Source of the DNA: a bacterium
GTDB taxonomy: Bacteria > Zhuqueibacterota > Zhuqueibacteria > Residuimicrobiales > Krinioviventaceae
Assembly: GCA_963674595.2 (NCBI GenBank)
Contig: CAXXFV010000004.1
Span: forward strand, 1-64,000
Length of the DNA stretch: 64,000 bases
Direction of reading: 5' to 3'
The notes under the pieces were generated by a model. The model made no database searches. It was not told the DNA's origin and was given only the letters and a program-made list of their open reading frames with translations. Each line of letters begins with the position of its first letter. Position 1 is the stretch's first letter. Positions 40,642-50,356 of this stretch are shown here, one piece after another. The position numbers and the translations under genes were made by a program.

Positions 40642-41730
40642 CTAATGAATAACCTTGACGGGGATTTGAAACTCAAAGCCTAAATTAAACAACCATTTTT
40701 CATAATAAAGGCTGGGCAAAGGGGATTCGTTTTTATACCAGGCAGAGCGAAACATAATTGCCAGATTTTGCATAACATCTCTGGAATAATCAAAAACGAA
40801 AAAATTGCTTTGTTCCTTTTCCGTATCCAAATCGACCGGTAAAAGCGGCAAAAAATCATCGAGATAGGATTTATTTTGCATGGTAATAAATCCACGAAAC
40901 AGATTCTTTCCAAAACTTTTCGCAAGCATGACCGTAACAATATGACGATCAAAATCAAAACCATAACTATTGGAGCGATTTTGTTCATAATGATAAGATG
41001 CATTGACAAGAAATCCGGCAAATATCCAATCTGTGTTCAAGCCCATAATTTTACACTTGTCATTTTGGCTATCGTCTGTCAGAACCCAATCAGACATATC
41101 AGGAGCCGGTTCATAGGCCATTCTGTTGTGGTCAATCGTTCCAAAACGAAAATCCGGTGAAAATGTAAACCGGCCTATTTTTTTTGTTAATTGAAAATAT
41201 AATTGCGGGCTTTTGAAATCATAATAATCCGTTTCTCTGTAATTAAGATCATCCTGGCGAAAGCCTGTTTCAAAAACAACAGAAGGTGAATATCGCCATT
41301 GAATAAAAGGACTGAATTCTCCCAGCGAATAATCCGTATCTGCGTTTATAAACATCTTGAGCCGGCCAAACACATGCACCCCGGCATAAATAAAAGGGCT
41401 TAATTTAAGCAACATACGGCCTTTTATTTCATGAATACTTTTGTTTTCCGAATCAAAGGACGGGTAAAGTTGAAAACCTCCCTGATAACAAAAGTGGAAT
41501 AAAATACGCTTACCGTTTTTTTGAACTTTGGAATAAAGCGCTGTCCGAAAAGAATGGCCTTCTTCAGGAGCATTTAACCGTTCTTCTACATTACTGTCAT
41601 ATTCAACAGCACACTGAATTCGGTTTTTAAACAACCATCGCCCGTTATTCACCGATTGCGCAGAATGAGCACAGCATGCGCCGGTTAAAACACTTATAAA
41701 AATAATTAATTTTACAGGATCAATCGCCAT
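40642..41730 (-). CDS. Putative outer-membrane beta-barrel protein
   Basis: Signal peptide, YDSNV motif, alternating aromatic beta strands, C-terminal LFNLGFEFQI. Confidence 0.65.
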   Translation of the reverse strand: MAIDPVKLIIFISVLTGACCAHSAQSVNNGRWLFKNRIQCAVEYDSNVEERLNAPEEGHSFRTALYSKVQKNGKRILFHFCYQGGFQLYPSFDSENKSIHEIKGRMLLKLSPFIYAGVHVFGRLKMFINADTDYSLGEFSPFIQWRYSPSVVFETGFRQDDLNYRETDYYDFKSPQLYFQLTKKIGRFTFSPDFRFGTIDHNRMAYEPAPDMSDWVLTDDSQNDKCKIMGLNTDWIFAGFLVNASYHYEQNRSNSYGFDFDRHIVTVMLAKSFGKNLFRGFITMQNKSYLDDFLPLLPVDLDTEKEQSNFFVFDYSRDVMQNLAIMFRSAWYKNESPLPSLYYEKWLFNLGFEFQIPVKVIH

Positions 41731-42740
41731 TATTCTTTTGGTTGACTCAGGCTGTTTCGCAATTCCTCTGCCTGTTTTTCATATTGATTTGCAATATTTG
41801 CCATACTATCGGCAGCCGTATTTAATTTATTCTGTTCTTTGGATAATTTTGCCAAATATTCTTCGGCATCATAAACAGGTAATGAGTTGAAATCAAAATT
41901 TAACAGCTTGTCTGCCTCGCGTATCAAAGGGGTGTTACTGATACCATACATGTCAGAATTGCGTTCCCATTGATTATCCAGATAATTGGATTTTTCACCA
42001 CCAAACCAGATTCCGGCACTCTTTGTTTCCCTGCCGGCAAAAGCTTCGTCTCTTTGGTCAAACATGCGAACATCTTCCACCATGTCCGACATACGTTGAC
42101 GTAATTCCATCTCTTCCTGAACGTCTTTAAATTTTTTCGCCAAATCTTTTGCCTTTTCACGATACTTATCTTCACGATCACGGAAAAACTCTGCCTTGGC
42201 GTCAATTTCATCCGGCAAATCATCCGGCCCGACAACAGGTTCGCCGAAAGAGTTGCTTGTTTGCTTTACACTCATCAAGGCATTTATTTGGGTCCGCTTT
42301 TCCATGAGCATGTTTATCTGTTCAACCCATTTTTTTCTTTGTGAATCTGATATTTTTGATCCGGCAAGCAATGCATGAAGCGAATCTATGGAATTTGTAA
42401 AAAATACATCAGCCTGTTGCTGGTATGTACCAAACTCTTTGACCAGACCCTGGTGATAAACAACTGTTTGTTCCTGAAGCATGGCGATAGTGTGAGCGTC
42501 TTTTAACAGATCATCCAGTTCACGGCGCTTTCCATAGGATAAATTTTCGCCCTCTTTTAAAACAGCTATTTTGGCTGAAACAGAATCCAGGTCCTGTACA
42601 TATTGATTAAGTACGGTGTTGACGGAATCCAGTTTTAAATAACACCCAAGTACAACGGATTCATGCTTTTCCACAAATTCCTGTGCGAACAGGCCCTGAA
42701 AGCCCGATAATATAAATATTAAATAAACAAAAGATTTCAT
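41730..42740 (-). CDS. Exported coiled-coil hypothetical protein
   Basis: Signal peptide ending GLFA/Q; long heptad-rich helices; TAATG coupling to the next gene. Confidence 0.75.
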   Translation of the reverse strand: MKSFVYLIFILSGFQGLFAQEFVEKHESVVLGCYLKLDSVNTVLNQYVQDLDSVSAKIAVLKEGENLSYGKRRELDDLLKDAHTIAMLQEQTVVYHQGLVKEFGTYQQQADVFFTNSIDSLHALLAGSKISDSQRKKWVEQINMLMEKRTQINALMSVKQTSNSFGEPVVGPDDLPDEIDAKAEFFRDREDKYREKAKDLAKKFKDVQEEMELRQRMSDMVEDVRMFDQRDEAFAGRETKSAGIWFGGEKSNYLDNQWERNSDMYGISNTPLIREADKLLNFDFNSLPVYDAEEYLAKLSKEQNKLNTAADSMANIANQYEKQAEELRNSLSQPKE

Positions 42741-42748
42741 AAAACAAA

Positions 42749-43987
42749 CTAGCTCTTTAAATTAACAACTTTTCCAACAAACAACATAGCGCCGGTTTCC
42801 TGTTCGTGGATAACAAACAAAAACGGCCGGTCAACGGTCATTACAAAATAGGGATCATGATTACCTATACCATACTCTTTCATAACAACAACAGTCACTG
42901 CCGCAGCTTCGGTACCCTTTTCATCAACAGAGACAACAGCTTTATGGTCGACTTTATCGATATATAATTCGCCATTTTTATTAATACCGCGAAAATCAGC
43001 ACCGCCGCTAAAAGCGATGCCCATGCCCATTTTTGACAAAACGTCTTTCAGGTCTTTTCTATATTCCACATCAAACTTTGGAAAAGAGAAAGAACCTTTC
43101 ATAGTTTGAAAACTTGTCATCCATTGGGTCCATTTATCAGAATCCATCACCATAATCAGAGAATCCAAATCACAAGATGTCTGCGGCAGGATAACAGCCA
43201 TCCGGCAGGCGCCGCCTCCATAGGGTAAATCAATGGCCTGGATTTTATCGTTTCCAAAATAGGAAAAATTGTTTTCCTGATGCATCATTTTACAGGAGAC
43301 CTCTGCGGTTTTTCCATAAAAAGTGCCGTTATGGGTGTTGGATTCGTCAAATTCACTGGTCCAGGTGCCGTTAAAATAGATGGCATTTATTAGAAACATA
43401 ATGGTTGACGGATCTATAAAATCAATCATTTCGGGTATTTTATCGGCTGTATTTTCACTAATCCAGTTATTAATCTCATCCGGGGCCGTCGGTAACGAAA
43501 AATCCAACGGGAACACACCCGCATCAAAATTGGATTGATTTAACTCTAAAAATTCATCTTCAACAGTGAACCCTAAACGATACCAAATAGAATTGGCAAT
43601 ATCAAATTGAATTTTGGCATCCAGACTTGCAAAATAATCCATTAAATTTTTGTAGGACTGGTTGATCTCTGCCTTTGTAAGCTCACCAAATCCCAGAGTA
43701 TTTCGCATGGCTGATTCGGTCGTTGTTTGTGCTCCGTTATAGGTCATACCCAGGGCCATGGAAACGGAAAAAGGTGAAAAGAAAACATCCGTATCTTTAT
43801 CATCCTGACTGAGTTGTTTTAACAAATTAATACCAAACTCATTACTGACCCTGGCAACATCAACATCAACCTTTGACAAATTGTGTTTTTTGATAATTTC
43901 CGTATCACTCATTAAACTGCTTTCACAATTTACAAGCAAGATAGAAACACAAACAGCTAAAATTGTTAAAAATTTAACTTTAATCAT
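42749..43987 (-). CDS. Serpin (serine protease inhibitor), probable lipoprotein
   Basis: FFSPFSVSMALGM, ANSIW, INNWI, LINAIYFNGTW, VDEKGTEAAAVT hinge, DRPFLF; lipobox-like LLVNC. Confidence 0.95.
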   Translation of the reverse strand: MIKVKFLTILAVCVSILLVNCESSLMSDTEIIKKHNLSKVDVDVARVSNEFGINLLKQLSQDDKDTDVFFSPFSVSMALGMTYNGAQTTTESAMRNTLGFGELTKAEINQSYKNLMDYFASLDAKIQFDIANSIWYRLGFTVEDEFLELNQSNFDAGVFPLDFSLPTAPDEINNWISENTADKIPEMIDFIDPSTIMFLINAIYFNGTWTSEFDESNTHNGTFYGKTAEVSCKMMHQENNFSYFGNDKIQAIDLPYGGGACRMAVILPQTSCDLDSLIMVMDSDKWTQWMTSFQTMKGSFSFPKFDVEYRKDLKDVLSKMGMGIAFSGGADFRGINKNGELYIDKVDHKAVVSVDEKGTEAAAVTVVVMKEYGIGNHDPYFVMTVDRPFLFVIHEQETGAMLFVGKVVNLKS

Positions 43988-45368
43988 GTTGATCTTCCCC
44001 TTCTTTTGTTATAAAACCATACTTTTCCAACTTGTAATACAACGCACTGGTTTTAATGCCGAGTTTTTGTGCCGCCTTGGATTTTATACCATGTGCCGCC
44101 TCCAAAGCGGATTTAATTGTCTTACGTTCCACCTCTGCCAAAATTTCATTCAAATCTGTCGTTTCAGTCGGTTTCGGATTGTTTTCGGTAAACAAAATCA
44201 AATCGGATACTTTTAACTCACTGTCTTCCGCCAACACAGCAGACCGCTCCAAAATATTTTTCAGTTCCCGAATGTTTCCGGGCCAGCGGTAATGGATCAG
44301 TTTGTTTAATGCTTCGTCATTTATGGTCAGGTCGGGAACACCGATTTCTTTACCGATCTGCTTTAAAAAATACCGGCAAAGCAGAGGAATATCTATGGGA
44401 CGTTCACGTAAAGGCGGTAAATAGATGGGAATGATGTGCAAACGATAATACAGGTCCTGGCGAAAAATATTCTTTTCAACCAACTCTTGCAGATTTTTAT
44501 TTGTGGCGGCAATAACTCGCACGTCGGCTGTCAAGGTTTCTTCTCCGCCGACGCGCTCAAATTCACGTTCCTGTAAAACCCGCAACAGTTTAACCTGCGT
44601 TTCAGCGGGCAGATCACCGATCTCATCTAAAAAAATGGTGCCCTTTTCAGCCAGTTCAAACCGGCCGCGCTTTCGTCTTACCGCACCGGTAAAGGCCCCT
44701 TTTTCATGTCCGAACAATTCAGACTCTAAAACACCGGCTGCCAAAGCACCGCAATTTACACGTACAAAAGATTTATCAGCCCGGTTACCGGCTTTATGGA
44801 TCGCCCTTGCCACAAGCTCCTTGCCGGTACCGCTTTCTCCATAAACAATAACAGTAGAATCTGTTCGGGAGACTTTATCAATCGTTTTATAAATGGCCTG
44901 CATTTTTTCGGAATGACCGATAATTTCTCCAAAATTACATTTTTCTTCCAACTCTTCTTTCAAGTACAGATTTTCATCTGCCAGCCGCACCAGTTCATCC
45001 TTTTGTTGAATATCATCCAACTGCTTTTCAACCTTGATAACCAGTTCATTGTGAGAAAACGGTTTGGTAATAAAATCACCGGCGCCTTTTTGCATGGCCT
45101 CCACGGCCATATCCACGCTGCCATAAGCGGTAATAATAATTACAGCGATCCGGCTGTTTATTGATTTTACTTTATCCAAAACCTCCAGTCCGTTCATACC
45201 GGGCAAACGATAATCAGATATAATCAAATCAACTTTATGATGTTCCAGTTTAAAAAACGCATCTTCACCATTTTCACAGGAAAACACCTGGTACCCGGCT
45301 TTTTTCAAAACCTGGACCATACCCTCACGCATGGTTTCGTTATCTTCTATGATTAAAATTGCGGCCAA
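43980..45368 (-). CDS. sigma-54-dependent response regulator (NtrC/ZraR family)
   Basis: REC domain (DYRLP), GESGTGKE, ESELFGHEKGAFTGA, WPGNIREL, HTH. Confidence 0.95.
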   Translation of the reverse strand: MAAILIIEDNETMREGMVQVLKKAGYQVFSCENGEDAFFKLEHHKVDLIISDYRLPGMNGLEVLDKVKSINSRIAVIIITAYGSVDMAVEAMQKGAGDFITKPFSHNELVIKVEKQLDDIQQKDELVRLADENLYLKEELEEKCNFGEIIGHSEKMQAIYKTIDKVSRTDSTVIVYGESGTGKELVARAIHKAGNRADKSFVRVNCGALAAGVLESELFGHEKGAFTGAVRRKRGRFELAEKGTIFLDEIGDLPAETQVKLLRVLQEREFERVGGEETLTADVRVIAATNKNLQELVEKNIFRQDLYYRLHIIPIYLPPLRERPIDIPLLCRYFLKQIGKEIGVPDLTINDEALNKLIHYRWPGNIRELKNILERSAVLAEDSELKVSDLILFTENNPKPTETTDLNEILAEVERKTIKSALEAAHGIKSKAAQKLGIKTSALYYKLEKYGFITKEGEDQHD

Positions 45369-45378
45369 ACTTTATTTC

Positions 45379-45585
45379 CTATTTTTGAGATTTGTCTAAT
45401 AAAAAAACATAATGCTTTTTTACAGATAAAATATTTGTATAACAACACTTTTTTGTGGAATCCGATTTTTTGAGATTAACTTTAGTCAAACTTGGTCTGG
45501 TTTGAAAGTTATATACAGATTTTGGTGAAAAATGTGCACAACAGCACCCGGAAACCAGACAGCACAGTAAAAAAACCTTTTTCAT
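45379..45585 (-). CDS. Small Cys-rich basic exported peptide (68 aa)
   Basis: Fills the kinase-regulator gap (12 and 10 bp spacers), GGGGGTG RBS, MKK plus hydrophobic leader, 7 Cys. Confidence 0.55.
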   Translation of the reverse strand: MKKVFLLCCLVSGCCCAHFSPKSVYNFQTRPSLTKVNLKKSDSTKKCCYTNILSVKKHYVFLLDKSQK

Positions 45586-45597
45586 AACACCCCCATT

Positions 45598-47004
45598 TCA
45601 TAAATTGGACACTCCATTTATTTTTGGTAAAGTAATTAAAAAAACAGCTCCATTTGACTCGTTAAAAACCAATTCTATATTTCCACTGTTTTGTGTAATC
45701 AGACTTTTAACCATGGGCAAGCCTAAACCAAGGCCTTTTTCCTTATTACTAAAAAACGGTTCAAAAACCCTTTCCACATCCTGTTCGGCAATACCCGGTC
45801 CATTATCAGAAAAACATATCTGAACATTGTCACTATTGTCTGATATTATAATTTTTATAACACCCTTTTTTTTCACAGCCTGCGCAGCATTTAACGCCAG
45901 GTTCATAAAAACCTGTTTTAAATGCTGCGGATCAACAAAAACCTGAGCATCACCCTCTTCTACAATTCGGACCTGTCTTTTTTCAAATTCCGGACCGAGT
46001 AATTCTTTTGCTTCCCGCCAGCAATTAAAAACATTACAAATTCTCCTATTTGGTTTTATGGGACGAGCAAAATCCAAAAAATTTTGCACCAATTGTTTTA
46101 AATTACGAGTTTCTTTTAGTATTTTTTCAGCATGGTTTTGAACCGGCTGATTTTTAAATTCATCATATAAAAGGCCGGCAAAAAGTTCAATGCCGCCTAA
46201 CGGATTTCTTATTTCATGAGCAACGCCTGCCATCATGGCCATCTGCTGTTCATCGCGCTGAACAATTGCCCGGCGCATATCTTCCATTGCTTTGGCCAGG
46301 TAGGATATTTCATCTTTGCCCTTAACCTCTATTTTTGTTTCCAAATCACCTTGCCCGATACGCTTTGCTGACTTTTGCAGGTTTGATATGGACTCGGTTA
46401 TTTTTTTTGAAAAAATCAGGGCTAAAAAAACAGAAAAAATTAATGAGACAATGCCAATCCGTATTAAATCATTTTGAATATTTTTTACTGCCTTTAGTGA
46501 CTGAGCGCTGCCCTCAACGGCAACAGCGCCGACAATTTTATCTTCAAGTGTTATCGGGGCAAAAGCAGACTTGTATAACTGATTATCATAACCTTTAAAA
46601 AGTACGGAACTGCTCATCTGTCCGTTAACTGCCTGCGATATTTCCGCCAGATTAATCGAATATTGAGAATACAACGTTCCGACCGGCTGCTGCATTTGCG
46701 TATCAACCCAAATACCACCGGACGGGGTAATCAACAAAATACGCGCCATATCGGTTTTTTCCAAAATTCGCTCAAGGCGCTGTTTTAAATTTCGATATAT
46801 TCGTGTATTTTCATCACCGGGCCCTAAAAGGACAACAAGTGATGCATCTATTTGTCCTGATACCGAAGCAGCAACAGCTTCCAGTTTTGCGGCCAGTTCT
46901 TTTTCGAGTACATTTTTTAAATGATATCGCAAATAAAAACCGGAAACCAGCAAAACAATAGCAATTTGCATTGTAAACAAAAAAACCAGTCGTTTTCTAA
47001 TCAC
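45598..47004 (-). CDS. Periplasmic-sensing HAMP histidine kinase
   Basis: Two TM helices flanking a Cache-like domain, HAMP (DEISYLA), GVAHEIRNPL, DNGPGI, FEPFF, GLGLGL. Confidence 0.93.
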   Translation of the reverse strand: MIRKRLVFLFTMQIAIVLLVSGFYLRYHLKNVLEKELAAKLEAVAASVSGQIDASLVVLLGPGDENTRIYRNLKQRLERILEKTDMARILLITPSGGIWVDTQMQQPVGTLYSQYSINLAEISQAVNGQMSSSVLFKGYDNQLYKSAFAPITLEDKIVGAVAVEGSAQSLKAVKNIQNDLIRIGIVSLIFSVFLALIFSKKITESISNLQKSAKRIGQGDLETKIEVKGKDEISYLAKAMEDMRRAIVQRDEQQMAMMAGVAHEIRNPLGGIELFAGLLYDEFKNQPVQNHAEKILKETRNLKQLVQNFLDFARPIKPNRRICNVFNCWREAKELLGPEFEKRQVRIVEEGDAQVFVDPQHLKQVFMNLALNAAQAVKKKGVIKIIISDNSDNVQICFSDNGPGIAEQDVERVFEPFFSNKEKGLGLGLPMVKSLITQNSGNIELVFNESNGAVFLITLPKINGVSNL

Positions 47005-47029
47005 TACATAACCTTTCTTCAGGCTACAG

Positions 47030-47045
47030 GCAAATCACATACCAG
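47030..47045 (-). promoter_or_regulatory. sigma-54 -24/-12 promoter
   Basis: CTGGTATGTGATTTGC (GG-N10-GC), 25 bp upstream of the kinase start. Confidence 0.65.
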
Positions 47046-47104
47046 AAACCATGCTAAAGGGACAAAATAAACCCAAGAAAAACAATACCCATAAATGAAA
47101 ATTT

Positions 47105-47148
47105 AAAAAAAGTATCAGATATTTGAAAGATTTTTCAAATATCTGATA
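47105..47148 (-). terminator. Terminator after bshA
   Basis: Perfect 16-bp arms TATCAGATATTTGAAA/TTTCAAATATCTGATA followed by CTTTTTTT. Confidence 0.8.
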
Positions 47149-47151
47149 GTA

Positions 47152-48273
47152 TTATTGGTTTAATATTTTTTCATAATATGCTTCATATTGAGGGATAATA
47201 ATGTGCGATTCAAAAACAGAAACAGCTTTTTTTCTGGCTTCATCTTTAAACTCTTGCAAAACGGATTCGTTCGACAACAATTCAATAACGCTTGCGGCCA
47301 TTGCATCCGTATCGCCGACAGGATGTAAAAATCCATTTATCTGGTGGTCCACAACTTCAGGGAGACCACCGATATTTGAACCGACAACCGGTGTTTTACT
47401 GCTTAACGCTTCCAAAGCCGCCAGACCAAAACTTTCCTCGCTACTGGGAAGAAGGAACACATCAGCACACCCTAAAAGCGTTTCTACATAGTCCTGTGTT
47501 CCCAAATAAATTACATCCTGCAACACGCCCAATTGAGCAGCCAGGTCATGTGATTCCTTACGGTCCGGGCCTTCTCCAATAAGCAACAATTTTGCAGGTA
47601 TATGTTCCCTGACTTTGGCCAGAATTTGAATGGTATCTGTCAATCGCTTAACCGGACGAAAATTAGAAGCGTGTACTAAAATTTTTTCTCTGTTCGGTGC
47701 ATATTGTTTAATATTACAATTCGTAACAACTCCGTTAAAACGGTCCGTATCCACAAAATTGTAAAGGACCTTAATATCTTTTTCAATCTTAAACTCTTTT
47801 TTTGTACGATCACCAAGATATTTGGAAACAGCCGTCACGCCGTCGGAAATATCAATACTGAATTTGACGGCTTCAAAAAAAGATTCATCTTTACCGACCA
47901 GTGTTATATCCGTACCATGTAAAGTCGTAACGATTTTTGGACTGTTTTCTCCAATCATCTGCTTGGCAAGATATGCACTAATAGCGTGCGGAATGGCATA
48001 ATGGGCATGGATAATATCCAACTGATGTTCCCGTGATACTTCCATAATTTTTGTTGCCAAACTCAAATCATAGGGCGGATATTTAAAAAGCGGATAAGCT
48101 GATACATCCACTTCGTGATAATATACATTCTGCTGAAAACCTCTTAAACGAAACGGAGAACTGTAAGAGATAAAATGGACCTCATGTCCTCGCCGCGCCA
48201 GTTCAACACCAAGTTCCGTAGCAACGACACCACTCCCTCCATGTGTTGGATAACATACCATAGCTATCTTCAT
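47152..48273 (-). CDS. bshA: N-acetyl-alpha-D-glucosaminyl L-malate synthase (bacillithiol biosynthesis, GT4)
   Basis: [67 protein letters not shown]. Confidence 0.95.
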   Translation of the reverse strand: MKIAMVCYPTHGGSGVVATELGVELARRGHEVHFISYSSPFRLRGFQQNVYYHEVDVSAYPLFKYPPYDLSLATKIMEVSREHQLDIIHAHYAIPHAISAYLAKQMIGENSPKIVTTLHGTDITLVGKDESFFEAVKFSIDISDGVTAVSKYLGDRTKKEFKIEKDIKVLYNFVDTDRFNGVVTNCNIKQYAPNREKILVHASNFRPVKRLTDTIQILAKVREHIPAKLLLIGEGPDRKESHDLAAQLGVLQDVIYLGTQDYVETLLGCADVFLLPSSEESFGLAALEALSSKTPVVGSNIGGLPEVVDHQINGFLHPVGDTDAMAASVIELLSNESVLQEFKDEARKKAVSVFESHIIIPQYEAYYEKILNQ

Positions 48274-48404
48274 CTATATTCCTCATTTTATCATATTGCA
48301 AATATAAAGAAAATTAATATCCCTTTAAACAATTGAATGATTAATATTGTTTCATAAATAATACATGACACCGGATTTCAGAAAAATTATTTTATTTGAT
48401 AAAA

Positions 48405-49874
48405 TCAACCGGCTGTAAAATGTTCTTCATTAACATCATTCCCGTCCACATCGCAATGAGTAAATGAAATATGCGGCACTCCGTTTTGACGGAAAATATG
48501 GACCTTTAAATAACCGCCCTTAACTCTTAAAAACCGATGCTGGGGACGTTTATCGTACTGATACCATCCACCGGCGTGTGAATCAGAGCCTGCACCGCAA
48601 CTAAATTCCCAAAGATTTGTTTCCGGCAAATGGGTCACATATTGCCAATGCCTGTCACCATTACAAATAAAAACATTCTTTTGCTGATTAATAAATTCCC
48701 GGATTTGGTAACCTTCATATTTAAAGCCTGAATTGGCATAATTATCATTTTTATTTTTACGGTCCGGCCCTAAAATCGGAGTGGGAGTAATAATTATTTT
48801 AAAGGAGGCATTCGATTTTTCCAGTGTGGAAAACAACCACTGTTTTTGTTCTTTACCCCAAATTGTTTTATCCGGGCCGTCAGGCTCTGAATTTTTACTA
48901 CGAAAATTACGGCCTTCCACAAGCCAAACCTGCAAATCTTTACCCCACCGAACTGTTTTGTAACGTTTGTCATTTTCCGGAAACTGTTCCTTGTCAAAAA
49001 TCTCTAATCCCCTTTCAAAGGGAACTGTTCCATAGGTCATTCCGGGATAGACATCATCACAAAGGGTATCATGGTCATCCTTTAAAAAATATGTCGTAAT
49101 TTGAGTAAAAAAATGGCGCTGGAACGGCAATGCAAACAACCGGTCCCATTTAAACCGCATTAAATCTTCAGTAAGGGCATAGGGGTCTGGTTTGTCATAA
49201 TATTCAACATCCCCTGTGTGAACATAAAAATCAGGATTAATTTTCAACATGAATGGATATATTTTATGACCGTTTTTTAAATCATCCCGGCGAATAAAAT
49301 CATGACATGTAACCACACAAAAAGTAATTTCCTTTTCAAGTTCAGGCTGGGGCGGTGTTATAAATGTTCCGGTAATTTTATCTGAAATACCTGAATCGGC
49401 ATTTTTACGGGCCAAAAGTTCGATAAAATAGCGGGTTCCGGACATCAGGTTTTCAACTTTCCATTGTTTAGTATAATTTTTTAAAGAATCAACATCTTCC
49501 CATTCGGTTTTAATTTTGTCACCATTTTCCGTATAATATACCAGTTTAACCTGCCCAAAAGTTCCGGGACATGCTCCATACATATCGTCTAACGAACAAC
49601 CCTCCGGAATTTGAGAATCATAAAGAACCTGAGCATCCCGACATTTTTTCAGTTCCTTGTGGCGTTCTGAAGAAACAGGTAAAAATTTCTCGCCCTTTTC
49701 ATTCATTTCAGGATCTTGTGTCAATCTTGTCCATATAACAATAGAGTTCTGATCCGCCCACCCGTTATGAAATCCATTGCCGAAAAATGGCCCCTGCTCC
49801 TGCTTTTTATGCGAACACATGCTTATTGTTGTCAATACAAAACCTACAAGAATATAAAAATGACATTTTTTCAT
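48405..49874 (-). CDS. PhoD-family alkaline phosphatase/metallophosphoesterase
   Basis: IVIWTR, HTGDVEYYD, DDHD, WGKEQKQWL, NGDRH, EFSCG. Confidence 0.88.
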   Translation of the reverse strand: MKKCHFYILVGFVLTTISMCSHKKQEQGPFFGNGFHNGWADQNSIVIWTRLTQDPEMNEKGEKFLPVSSERHKELKKCRDAQVLYDSQIPEGCSLDDMYGACPGTFGQVKLVYYTENGDKIKTEWEDVDSLKNYTKQWKVENLMSGTRYFIELLARKNADSGISDKITGTFITPPQPELEKEITFCVVTCHDFIRRDDLKNGHKIYPFMLKINPDFYVHTGDVEYYDKPDPYALTEDLMRFKWDRLFALPFQRHFFTQITTYFLKDDHDTLCDDVYPGMTYGTVPFERGLEIFDKEQFPENDKRYKTVRWGKDLQVWLVEGRNFRSKNSEPDGPDKTIWGKEQKQWLFSTLEKSNASFKIIITPTPILGPDRKNKNDNYANSGFKYEGYQIREFINQQKNVFICNGDRHWQYVTHLPETNLWEFSCGAGSDSHAGGWYQYDKRPQHRFLRVKGGYLKVHIFRQNGVPHISFTHCDVDGNDVNEEHFTAG

Positions 49875-50056
49875 AAAACCTCCGCAGGTTATGTTTTTAT
49901 TTTTTTATCATTAAAAATAAAAAATGGAACAAAATACCTTTCAAGTAGTAAATAAAATAGCAATACTTGAAGAATAGTAAAAATTATACAAAAGCGCAAT
50001 TAAGACTTGTGCTTCTCCCAAATTTAAATAAATGATTTTCCTTACTACTCTACTTG

Positions 50057-50091
50057 AAAAACAGACAGCATGACATCTGTCTGTTTTTTTT
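50057..50091 (+). terminator. Orphan intrinsic terminator (end of a candidate sRNA)
   Basis: AAAAACAGACAG-CATGACAT-CTGTCTGTTTTTTTT between divergent genes. Confidence 0.75.
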
Positions 50092-50149
50092 ATGCCCTCA
50101 CCTCACGTTCATTTCCAAAACACGTAATTTATATTTTATATTAAAAAGG

Positions 50150-50178
50150 TTGATTAACATCATATAAAATATTACATT
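50150..50178 (+). promoter_or_regulatory. sigma70-type promoter for asnA
   Basis: TTGATT-N17-TACATT. Confidence 0.55.
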
Positions 50179-50356
50179 TTTAAACCAAAAACAGACATCT
50201 TTCCCCTTGTACAATAGCTCCAATAAAACACTAGTGGGGCACACCTTATATTTCCATTATTCATAACAGATGAACAACCAGACACAACGACAATTCTTTA
50301 TTAATATACATTAATCAAAAAACGGCTGAAAACACATAATATGGAGTAAAGTTGAA

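Noticed and set aside
45583-45600. Kinase TGA stop is in frame with the Cys-rich small ORF (possible Sec read-through)
   Set aside because: One-in-three chance; no SECIS-like stem noticed, the kinase is already complete, and the small ORF has its own RBS and leader.
49924-49977. 17-codon ORF MEQNTFQVVNKIAILEE as an attenuator leader
   Set aside because: No RBS, and the alternative pairing touches only the base of the terminator.
50180-50356. T-box or riboswitch upstream of asnA
   Set aside because: No T-box core (GGTGGNACC) and no terminator between the promoter and the start codon.
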